Below are positions 14,563 through 27,290 of a stretch of 64,000 nucleotides of DNA, in pieces (positions within the stretch are counted from its first letter, which is position 1; each line of letters begins with the position of its first letter). This stretch comes from Nitrosopumilaceae archaeon (lineage in GTDB: Archaea > Thermoproteota > Nitrososphaeria > Nitrososphaerales > Nitrosopumilaceae), in NCBI GenBank assembly GCA_965207375.1, contig CBDBMG010000002.1, positions 352,001 through 416,000 on the forward strand, given 5' to 3'. The notes under the pieces are model-generated. The model had not been told where the DNA came from and searched no databases. It was given only the letters and a program-made list of their open reading frames with translations. A program made the position numbers and the translations under genes.

Positions 14563-15485
14563 TAAGTATCCTAGCCATGAAAGTGGCTTATAAATGCCCA
14601 AATACAAGAGATTACTAACACCTTCCAATGTAGAAGTCATTGTAATGCTACATACTAAGTCCAAATTGTAAAAGGTGTTTACAACATTGTAGCAAGGTGG
14701 AAAACTTGCAATTCAATGGTGTTTTCTAGATTGCTATAACCCGGTACACAACCTTGTATCAAAACAAGATGTTAACAAGGTAGAAAGGATTGTATAGTTA
14801 TAAAATGTAGCTACAGTTACCGTGCACATACAAATTTTCAAGGGACATACGTACACAAATCCAAGCTTTTGACCTTTTCATAATTATATTTTCACAAATG
14901 CTTAAGCCAAGTCTTAATAATCAATGGTAGTATTCTAATATGTAGGACTAAAATTTCATGAAAGCACTATCTTCCGTGAAATTCGTGAAATTTACATCCC
15001 TCAAGAATTTGTAAGTAGCTGTATGGTATACACTGCACATTTCCTTAACGCTAAGTTTTAAGATGACTGCCACTAGTTACGTATGTAGCCACGTAGATTT
15101 CTCAATACTCCAAATTGCTATGCCACATTGAAAATATAACTATGCAATGTCTTTGTAATTGAAACAATAGACTCCATACAGAAACAAGCTAAATGTCACA
15201 AATCCCAAACACACACAACTGTACGCTTAACTAATAACACTCAATCATGGATAAACACAACAATGTCGTTACCATTGAAAACTCTTGTAACTGATTCCAG
15301 ATGCCGGGGCCTATGCAACACAGGTATATAATCATATTACTATACAAATAAAACTACATGTTTAACTGACCTCATGGCATACATTTTTGCTCAACTTGTA
15401 ACAATAATGAGACAGCTTTATGATAGTACCTAATGTGATGCACGTACAACTAAAGGTGATCGCTCAATGAGAATTATGAACTCAC

Positions 15486-15718
15486 CAAACTGAAAGTCAA
15501 CCAGGGACTGTGTTAGCCTCTTAATATGTATCTCCTTCATGTAGATATGAAACTTCATTGCAGTCAATAAGAACAGCTGATAAACATTGATAATGATTGT
15601 ATCAGTGGAGTTTATCTATATATTTGTACAATACCAATTATTATAGTTTTCATGTGATACGTAGGTAATACTTACCTCAGGGCTAAGTAGTAGGGGTTGA
15701 CATTTGTTGTGTATGGTA
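15486..15718 (-). CDS. TERT: TERT C-terminal extension exons (TIHNKCQPLLLSPE / INSTDTIIINVYQLFLLTAMKFHIY)
   Basis: Aligns to human [37 protein letters not shown]; canonical splice sites with consistent phases. Confidence 0.85.
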
Positions 15719-15779
15719 CTATAAACAAATCAATAATTAAAGTCATGTTGTATAAACATGGTCATATATACACATAGGT

Positions 15780-15990
15780 ACGTACACATACACATACATA
15801 CATACGTACATACATACATACATACATACATACACACACACATACATACATACATACACACACATACATACATACATACATACATACATACATACATACA
15901 TACATACATACATACATACATACATACACACATACATACATACATATTATTATACATACATACATACACATACATACGTACATACATACA
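15780..15990. repeat. (TACA)n microsatellite
   Basis: Direct observation. Confidence 0.95.
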
Positions 15991-15992
15991 TA

Positions 15993-17043
15993 CGGTACAG
16001 CTCAAAGGCAACTTGATGCCCGCACGTGGGTTGCCAGGTGAACATGTGCGGGCAAACTTACAAACGGGCACAGGCGTGGGTGCCTGTAACGTTCCTCACC
16101 AACCCGATGGGCACCTGTTTCGATCAAGGTTCTTAATACATAAATACTCACCGCTGTATGAGCAACCTTTGCTGCATTATTTATTTACAGTAGTCTGTGA
16201 ATCCTTGAGCGAGTCCTCAAGGGTTATTATCGATTAATCTCACGATACACATAACTAGGTAAGGCACTTATAAGTATAAGCCCCCATGCGTGTTATCAAA
16301 GAATATAATGTTTTAGTCAGTTCTCAAAGTAAATCATGGTGATACAACTAGCTACCCTTGTTCTTGTCTCCATATATAAGCAAGGGAAGGCAGTACAACC
16401 GATTGATACACCAACTAGAAGGTATAAAACTGGCCGATAAGTTATAATTGAACTATATGTTTATATATATATCTTGATGTATATTAAGCTAACCATACAA
16501 ATCTGCATGAAGAACTGAGGAAGGTGGAGAGTAACCCGCATCATTACCTGTTACAATTATATATTAGCATGCGTGTATGCGTGCACACGCAAACACAGGC
16601 GCGTGCAACGAGAGAGAAACACGCGTGTAAAATACCCGTGTGAATCAAGTTGCCTTTGAGCTGTACCAGAGGAGGTTGGTCACGCTTTAAGCGCCGCAGA
16701 AAATATTTTCACTAAACGTTAGAGTTCCTGGCTGTTACGCAGATTGGTATGGCGATATCCAGTCAGTCAGTCATTATATTGACTATTGTTTGGGTAGAGA
16801 AAGGCTGAACGTGCTAATCTGCAGTATGCGCTATTAATATTTTAAACCCGCTAAACCAGAGATATTGCTATAAAATCTATACCACCATAAAGCTTACGTG
16901 GAGTACTATCCAATTATTTAATCTACCCCATTCAACCCCGTCATTGCCGATTTTTGTATTGTAGCCTATGGGCTCACGTGAAATATTTTTGAAAATATGC
17001 AGCATGCACGTGCGCATGTCCAACCTCCTCTGGAGCTGTACCG
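15993..17043. mobile_element. Composite of two MITEs sharing CGGTACAGCTC termini, TA-flanked
   Basis: Inner unit 15994-16667 has 24-bp TIR GGTACAGCTCAAAGGCAACTTGAT; second unit CAGAGGAGGTTGG...CCAACCTCCTCTGGAGCTGTACCG ends at 17043. Confidence 0.7.
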
Positions 17044-18722
17044 TACATATATACATACACATACATACATACATATTAAAGATGATTTCCCTATCATTAA
17101 AATTTGATCACTTAGTAATAGTTATATTTAAAAATCTTTGATTTAAAAAGTGAATAGGGATCACAACGATAACAAGTTAGAGTAGGAAACAAGTTAGAGA
17201 TTGAGCTCATAAAAAGCATCAATGATTATACTCTTATAATTTTCCCATAAATTATAAAAGTACACACGTATGTACACTCATAACACAAAACATATATACA
17301 AAGCATATATGCATAACACAAAAACATTATTTACTGCACAGATAAACTGTACTGTACATTGGAAACGTCCATTTTGTGTATGTTCTATTAGAGTATTTAG
17401 GACACAAAACAAAATATAACAGGAGCACCTTCACAGACCACATGCAGGAAATTTACTTAATATGTAGCTACAATATGCATGTTTACTTGATGAGAACTTG
17501 TTGCATATGAAGCAGTGGGTTCTGGTACAAACGCATTGTGATGGCATCTCTCAGTTCTACCGTACAAGAAAAAAACCAGTAAAAAGATACATAGTGTAAT
17601 ATTATGACAGAGGAAAATGTTGACAGAAAAACTAAAAATTTTCTCTAGTAGTGTATATATAGCTAATATATGTGGTGAAAGGTACTGTCCATCAATGTTG
17701 TATTTTATCAATTAAATGCTATGCTTTTGATATAGCCACCCTTTACCTTTAATAATCATCACATAGTGACATGTTAAAAACATACGTATGGTGCCATTTC
17801 AGATAAATGGCTCAGTTAGTCACTGCACCTTTTCATGTGATTGCTACACACATTAGTGATTGGAAAATAATCAGGTGGCAAGTGTAATGCCATTCTAAGA
17901 TCTTGTTTATACAATGTACTATGTATGTATATATATGTACGTATATATATGTCCATAAAAATTGTTTTGTTGATTGTGGGTTTTAAACTTAATTGTAATG
18001 TTGCTTTTGCTGTGTCATACATTACCTCTAACATTCACCAGAGTGTTTCTTAAGCCCTATTGAGGGAGTGCAACATTAAGCACAGGAGGTCTACTACACT
18101 GATAGATCATACAACTAGCTTATATAAGTTTCCAGAGACCCTTGGTCTAGGTTTGCAACATCAACAACATTTTTGCTCATAATCTCAGTGCTTGTAATAC
18201 TAACTCAAATGATATTGTCATCTCTTTGTATTTTGCATACATAGGCTTCTAACAAAGTTTTTGCATAACATGATAGCTGTGTTGAGTCTTACATAATATA
18301 ACCATGACAGTGAATTTTTGATACCGCCAACCCCACTATAATGGTATCTACTTTGAGCATCATTTTACCATACAGCATGCAAATACTCTGATTACCTGTG
18401 AATGAGTATCTGGAGTAGTCCACACGTACTTCCAGTGTTACAGTATTAACAAGATAACCACACCATGGCAACCACTGAGGTCCTGCAATCAGTGTTCTAT
18501 ACTCATGATTGTGAGTGGATACACATGCAGAGTTCAAATAGCAGCAGGCAATCAGTCATTTCCAACCAAAACTGGTCATTTCTAAGAACATATATTCAGC
18601 CCTTCTCCGACCACTTAAACTTTTATATACTACTACAAAATTGCAACAGCCAATCATATCTTCGTAAATGGTCAAACACCAAAGTATTTGACTATTCTTT
18701 TCATTCCTTATTTTGAACTTTG

Positions 18723-18858
18723 CACATACATACATACATACATACATACATACATACATACATACATACATACATACATACATACATACATACATACATA
18801 CATACATACATACATACATACATACATACATACATACATACATACATACATACATACA
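18723..18858. repeat. (TACA)n microsatellite in TERT intron
   Basis: Direct observation. Confidence 0.95.
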
Positions 18859-19007
18859 ATGCTGTACCATCTGTACTGATCTTAGCTTCTCTGCCTTCAG
18901 CTGTCTCAAAGTTCTTGACAGTTTTGTTCACATTAATGAAACAGTTGTACTCAGGTATTCCTTGTGTTACATTGATTATGAACACACACTGATATCAGTG
19001 TGCATAC

Positions 19008-19092
19008 CTCTTGTCATTATATCATAAAATCTTGTGGCTACTGTAGCAGATTTTGTAACTAGTAAAAAGTTATCAGCTAATCTTATCATGAC
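19008..19092 (-). CDS. TERT: TERT RT motif C exon, VMIRLADNFLLVT (catalytic DD changed to DN)
   Basis: cag|GTC ATG ATA AGA TTA GCT GAT AAC TTT TTA CTA GTT ACA...AGA G|gtatgc; aligns to human LLRLVDDFLLVT; AAC codon at 19069-19071. Confidence 0.88.
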
Positions 19093-19358
19093 CTGTATAT
19101 GAAATGCAATACAGATAATTGTTGAAACATCAATACAATAAGTGTACATACACTTTCGGATGGATCCAGCCTTGGCAAATACTGTCTTTCCATTGCAGCA
19201 TAGTAGTAACTATACAAGATATAAAAATACTCACAAAATAGTGAAATCGAGGGATCCGCAACAAGGAAAATTGTCTATGAGATTTTAAAATCTTAAAGGT
19301 TCAGGAAAAATTTCAAAAAGATTTCAAGGGTCCGCGACTCACTATCGTGAGTCTTGAT

Positions 19359-19771
19359 GCTAAACAAAAACAGCCTGGCTATAAAAAAGTGCGAGGCCAA
19401 TCAGAAGCCACAATGGTTATAAGCGACCAAAAACTCTGATATCAAGTAAGGCCAAGAAGTTGAACATTTATTAAGAATCCTTTTACTTGAATGACATACA
19501 ATAGTTTACAGGGCATTTTCACAACTATGATTGGCTTTGTCACTTGGCCACCTTATTAAAGATGATGGTACAAAAAGGTGGCCAAGTGACAAAGCCAATT
19601 ATAGTTGTGAAAATGCCCTGTAAACTATTGTATGTCATTCAAGTAAAAGGATTCTTAATAAAATGTTCAACTTCTTGGCCTTACTTGATATCAGAGTTTT
19701 TGGTCGCTTATAACCATTGTGGCTTCTGATTGGCCTCGCACTTTTTTACAGCCAGGCTGTTTTTGTTTAGC
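19359..19771. mobile_element. ~410-bp palindromic (foldback) element, copy 1
   Basis: GCTAAACAAAAACAGCCTGGCT...AGCCAGGCTGTTTTTGTTTAGC; ~195-bp near-perfect arms, short loop, AT on both flanks. Confidence 0.85.
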
Positions 19772-22700
19772 ATTTCAATATACATTACACTAAACCAAAG
19801 ATCAAAGTTGCCTAAGGTGCATAGTTGTGATAACAAGTTTACACAAACCTTACCACTACAATAATCCGTATATTTTTGTCTACTCATGATCTTTGCAATC
19901 AAATAGCCACAATCCATGTATAAAGAATACACTTCTTATCACAACTAGAGAGAAATGGACTCACTAGAGCCCATATATTCCGTAGTATGTACTGGTAAAT
20001 AAGTGTAAATTTTGGTAGGCGGTAGTAATTGCAAAGATCACGTAATCCTCTGTATCTTAACACATTTCATGCATAGAGTAAATTTATATAAGATAGCTAC
20101 ATAATACATGCATGGTTATGAGGTTATGAGGGATCCATACATACATACATATATCACGACTGTGAGAAGTATCACGATTATTATATAATGTTATATAAAA
20201 TCCTTTAGTGATGCAATATGTTGTAAGTGTACAATCTGTAGTGATGGTATTAGATGTAGCAACTTGTGTAAACTTGCTACACGAGTAACCAGTTTAGGGG
20301 AGATTTCAAAACTTTGATCTTCTAGTTAATGCAGTAAACATGTAAACATTAATTAGATATATAGTCTGCTGGTATTTTATTTTAACCTTCAACCTGTTCT
20401 GTGTATTAAGGGTCATGTACTTACAAAGTTGTGGTAGAAACTGTGGAGCATTGGCCAAATGCTTTAAGAAATGTTTTGCCATTCACAAAAGTGATTAATG
20501 GTTTTGCAAAAGGGCTGGATACTTTGGAAATGATCCAGTTTGGTGGGAAAATGGCTAGTGGGTAACAGGTATTTTTAATTGTATATTTATCAAGACTCAT
20601 GGTAGTAAGTTCCAAGGCCAAGAAGATATGTTGCAGCATGCACATACATCTGTGCAATCATTACATTGAGTTATTTACCCATAATAAGACTCTATCATGT
20701 ATGTAGAAGAAATGCTGTTGATACGCAGTAATTAAATTTAAATCTGTATATGCATTTCATCATCAGTTGTGGTTATATGGTAATTAGATGAGGGGATATA
20801 CAAGGGAAATTACCCAAATACAAACTGAAGCCTTTAAAAAGAAATTAATTAATTTACAAATGGTTTAGTTAATTCAGTTTAAGGAAGTGATGGAAATTCA
20901 CTTCCTTAACCAGCACATATGTACATACTATCAATACTCTACTCTCTATGGTACTACTGTGTAGGTGACTTCTGAATAACAAATCTTTATGTCATACTTG
21001 TGCTAGTAGACGGTGCAAAACAAAATACCAAAATCCATTCAAATAATGGAATTAGCACATCATTTTTTTAATAAAAAGAGTGAATTATAGTAAACATACT
21101 GTGTGCCAAGTTGGTAGCCAGTAGTTCCTTCAAAGCTGTATTTTAAACCCACAAACTTTAAGTTGTTGAAGCTGATTATAATATTTACTATTTAAGTTAC
21201 AATCATCACAACGTACGATAAGCAATGAAGCATCATTATAAGATAAGGTGATATTATGGGATTATGAGGACAATCGTGATGTATTTTCACCATGTTTATA
21301 ATAATGATATTAGCTCTTTACAATCGTGTTGAATAATACTACAAAGAATTCTTTAATTGTACACTTTTCCTTGCTTAAAACTGTTTCAACATTTCTAGCA
21401 GTGGCTGAGGAAACTATTGAAAGTTGGGGGAGCCACTGAAGTGATTTTCTATTGCAAAAATTAGATTCCTATGGAGAGTCTTAAAATTTAAGAGGGCCAT
21501 GGCCTGCCCCCTACGTACTTCCGCTAGTAGTAAACTTACATAGGCCAGGGTATAACCAATGTGTATAATTATTATGAAGCACAAAATAGCCTACTCTAAA
21601 CTGTTAGTGTGTATGTTTCCATATACCTGTATCTTATTTGATATGTCGTGACTTACAATTATAGTCATAATAAAACATAAAATAATCACTAGAAGTGAAA
21701 CGTTTAATCTTATGAGTAGTGTTAAGACAACAAATGTCTGAGCATGCCTACAAATTTGAGAAGGTATATCACAGATCTATGGGCTAGATAAGTAACCACA
21801 AGATACATACATATCTATCGGAAATAATATAAGAATCTGAAGCCTTTGATAGACTAAGATTTGGACAGACTTCAAGACCACATCTAATTACTAAAACAGC
21901 ATTTGCCTAACTACAAAAGAAGCCATGCATGTGCTAACAGCTGATTTAATAATTAATAAACTTAGTAATTATTAAATGTTGATGAATTAACTGCATTATA
22001 ATTCATTTATAAGATCAACAGTTTTTGCTGTTAAAATGCTGACTATAGATACATAGGTACTCACAATCTGTTCATATATGTAATACAACTATATATAGCA
22101 GGTGTACTGTTGGCATTGGCTAGCTGTTCAAGTTTAAATGCTAAAGCGACAAGTTTTGTGCATATCAAATCTGCAAACAGCTGCTGAGTAAACTACATAT
22201 ACAAGAGATCCCCTTACTTTGCTAATATCAGGGCTATTCAAATTACATTTTTCACTTTGGCTCTCCCACCAATGATTACATGGCCTACCACATTAGTGAG
22301 AAAATTTGGCATGGAAGTGGCGGTTTGATGGATTTGAATGGTACCACCAATTTTGATTCTGCCAATCACTCACATTTGCACATGAAGCATTGGCTCAATT
22401 TTAGGACCTCCACCAAAATTAAAATCTGCTAAATGCCAAACCTGCCAAATTAAAACACCGTTACTTTTTAAACATGCATGTCAGCCAACTGCCTGGTTTC
22501 TAGTTCTTACAACACATAACATAATTAAACATCAAAACAATTTACATAGTAAGAACAAACAAGTAATGACAATACCAAATAGGTATGCAAAAACATGTGA
22601 CTGGTTATGTATCTGCACATAAAAGAGTAATATAGAACAGCAACTATAAAATTATGAAAACACTTGGTATGTTTATAGTTAGCAAGTGGTGTAATATGTT

Positions 22701-24867
22701 TTCATATTTTGCTTTCTACAGACAAAGAACAACTCACCTGAGGTAAGGGGCAATGGTATCTCAGCTTTACTCTATACTTTGTGATCCTAGATAATAATGA
22801 ACCAAACAATTCATCATATTGTACATTCTTGTTGTATAAAAGAGAAGAAGCAGTTACAAAAAGTATGCGGTGTTTTGATTTATTAGTACATAAGACATGT
22901 ACATATTATAGAGGGAGATTTGACTAAGGAACACTCAAATAAGACTTAGAATTTGCTCATGAAAACTAATCTGATTGTTTAGTAACAAACAAGCAAAAAT
23001 CATGGCAATGTTGTCATTATGTAGACACACAAGGAGGTATCTTAACAACAGGATGTCAGGGTATAACATGGCTACTAATGGTTAAAACATAATTATCTTG
23101 ACATGGGCTCACTTGTGATTGGCTATCAGTGTTTGAAAGACTGGTATTAATTTTACTAATCTGGGGGGAGTCCTTGAAGCGAGTAGGTGGTTACTCGCCT
23201 TGAAGTAACCACCTATTTAACAAGTATGTAATATCATACAGGGTAAACCCAGGGAATTCCCCTATATTGTTTACACCTAAGTGAAGGTTCTGTTTACACC
23301 TTTTTATGGTTATAAACACTGTGCTGCTGGAATGCTGACCACTCCTCAGCTAGCCTGGAGGCCTTAAAGACATCAACAATCAACTTTTTAGCTCCTCTCC
23401 TGCTGGGACTAACATGACTCAATATATGACCTAAAGGAATAAAATATAACTCCTTCATAGGAACTATAAGATTGGTACCAGAACTAGGAAATATCTCTTT
23501 ATGATTCTGATCATAAAATAATCTACTTCTGTGGATGAAGCAATCTCCACTAAACAACAAATTTCAGTTAATTGTGAAACCATTATCTCATAGAAAAATA
23601 CCTTTTTGTTTTCCCCTTGTTTTTATGGGCTACAAGGAAAACATCATAATTTTATAGTTTTCAAAAAAATTACAACACCTTAACCTTTTTTAGTATTTCC
23701 TTTATTACTCTTTATTTTTGATTTCTCAATAATCTTATATTATCTGAATTCCTTTTAAGTTTCTTTTTTGAAATTACAAACATTCCTTCATCATCACTGT
23801 ATTTTCTTCGCTTTCTCCATTGCTTAGGTTGATTTTTCTTAGAAATATTTCTCTCCGGTGAATTCAACACTGTATCATCAAACGACTCGACTGCTGTGAC
23901 ATGAAGTTCTGATACATCCAATGCTTCAGGTTGAGTAAGTACATCATTTGAATTAATACACTCTGGCATTGTTTTATCATTAGTCTGTTCTATCAGCATT
24001 GCATTAGCATTATTGTTCATAACATTTTCTTCATCATAATCCAGTTTATGCCTTTTGATAGGACTAGCAGTGTTTTCTTCATTCACTTTACTGATAGTAC
24101 GTTTTCTTTTTTTAAGAAGTTGAAACGATTTTAAGTGGTAGCTTGGCTTGCGTGTAAACGGTATGCTGGCTGAAGTGAACAAAGTTCCAATAGGAGGACC
24201 TGCAGGTTGGGTCACAATAATGATATGAAGGACAATACAATTAGTATAATTATATGCCATACCAGTCACTTGCAGTAAACAGCCTTGATCAAGTTTCACA
24301 TACAGGAAACAGTTTTGTAGTAGGTACATCATCATGTCATCCCCTATCCTATAACAACACAAACTATCATATTGTTTTCATACAATAGGTTACCTAGAGC
24401 TGTACAATAGATAAACATATACATTAAATCCATCCACATACCAGTATTTTGTATGAAAGTAGATACACATATTGTAACTACTGGATATTGTGGAATATCA
24501 GTGTTGTTTTTGTTACCTTACTCTCAATCACATGTACTGTAAACTGAACTAGAGAGAATGTGTTAGTTAACTATATCTGATATATGTATAGAATATCAGA
24601 AACTTGATAATAAACAAGATCTCTGTATACATAATGACATAAATGATCATGTGGTAAAAGGTGGGTTAAACCTTAAGCACCACCAATGGAGTTTTGGTTG
24701 TTATGTAAATTCCCTTGGCTTGAGGGTAATTATATACACATATGTGATAAAGATCTAACAGTGATTTTTATATTCATTAACTTTTCACCCTCGCTGACTT
24801 TTTATCTTCAATAACTTCCCCTAGTCCACAGTTACCAGTAACCCATAGATTATACGTATGTATGTTA

Positions 24868-25366
<499 letters not shown>

Positions 25367-26059
25367 CCAAAATGTAACTGCCATAACTACCATTCTGTGA
25401 TTATTGGTTTCATAGTTCTCTATAGTGTTTGTTTATAAATTACTGGTGAAACTTGTGTACGCATCACTGCTTATAGAAAATTCTCCTGAACATTTGTTTT
25501 CCTATTATAGACTTATTGACTTCTACATTAATATTACTAGCCCCGCCTACCACCTTGCAGGTGCTTAGTAACCCACGTCACTTACTTTACATGTGTTATG
25601 AACTCCATTTATTAACTTTTATAGATGTAAGTTGTAGCTAACACTTACACTATATTTTGTCTCTTACTGTTTAACGAAGCAAATGTAAATCTTGATCTAT
25701 GATATACAGTGTAGCAACACGTGTGATCCAACCTCCGTAAGTTTTAAAGTATTGGATGGAAGCAAAAACTGCCGTGAAGGCAAGCCAAGCCTTTCTATAT
25801 AGATGTAGACTTGAACAACAACACCTTTCTAGAAAAGAGAGTAGCAAAACTATAGCTACCGGTAGATTCAATTGCAAATTTTCAAGGATATTTATTTTTG
25901 AGGATAGATCACTAAGGAATACATAACAATGCGAACATATATATATTATGGCTATATACTCCATTGCTTTAGTAGTAAGTTGCTTTACTACTGTAACCTT
26001 GTAAGCCACTCTCCCTTTAAATGCCTCACTACTGGTTGGCACGCCAACTATTAAAACTG

Positions 26060-26190
26060 ATAGATTCACAAAATTTCAGCTGCTTTTAGATTCACAAACT
26101 GAATTTCAGTTTTTAGATTCACAAATTTCAGTTAAAACTGTTAGATTCACAAAATTTCAGTTAAAACTGTTAGATTCACAAAATTTCAGA
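26060..26190. repeat. ~30-bp minisatellite (TAGATTCACAAAATTTCAG...) x5
   Basis: Direct observation, in the first TERT intron. Confidence 0.8.
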
Positions 26191-27290
26191 TTTCACTGTA
26201 TTTCTACATCAGGTTATTGCGTTTTTCATGTGGTTAAATTCTCAGGGAAAGACCTAGGGAAAAGCCTCAATCATGATATGACTTCCGTTCAATAGCTTAT
26301 ATAGCTAAATCTATAAAATTTCTCTTCGTAAATAATCACCTCAATGACGGCATGTATAATCTCAAGCTGTGATCGGCTCTGAGCCACAGCAAAACGTCCA
26401 TCCGGGACCATCTGTGCAGTGACAACAGTTGCATGACAGAAGTCAACGTAAGTATCATTGTCATTATTCCTTATTAATGCGCATTCTGGTGATAGCGTTG
26501 CCACCGTATCGTTGAGTGTTGCACAGTAAGCATATAGTTGCTTAAGAATATTACACGCAATAATATAAACCATACATTAGTATTCTGTTATTATTCCCTT
26601 ACCGCGTAAATCTAAGCACATGGTCACGGTGAAGAGCGCCAAAGGGGTAAACCATGGGTAAAACCCTTGGAAAACCCTGTAGTCCGAAACCGCGATTCCG
26701 TATACGTAGTTAAACTATTTTAAGAACACAAGTTTTTTCTTTGGAATTTTTCATGTGCGATTTTAATACTCCACGGTGAAGTTACATCTTGTTTCAGTCT
26801 GATTCCTTGGACACTTTTGAAGGTATTGTTTATTACTGTGGTTTACCAGAGATAATATATAGGGCGTATCTCTGTGTTTACTGACAAATCTGTATGTAGT
26901 TATGCTGTTTGGTGTGTCGTATCCGTGGCTCCATAGATTGAAACCCCAGGTATGATGGTCTGAAAAGGAGTTCTGAACTGATTTTGCATTTTATTACCGT
27001 ATAGTGCACCATTTTATTTAGGCGCCAACAAATTTAAGTTCAGGAATGTTTAATAGTTAATTTGCTCACATCTTGTTTGCATAAACGTACTCACAGCTGA
27101 TCCTTTTCATAAAATTTTTATCAATACTATTCCACCTGTGAAAAGTTGTTTAAACTTTGCTGGAAAGATGCCTCAAATCTTTTATGATTTGATTGGATTA
27201 ACCAGTGTTCAGTGATGCATCCTAGCACATAGTACTAGAGTTGCCAGATGGCTTTTCTATTAGAGGCACATGAAAGAATGATGATCAACT

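Noticed and set aside
20960-21010. KYDIKICYSEV on the minus strand resembling TERT motif A
   Set aside because: Lacks the conserved second Asp (YD), runs into a stop, no good donor site
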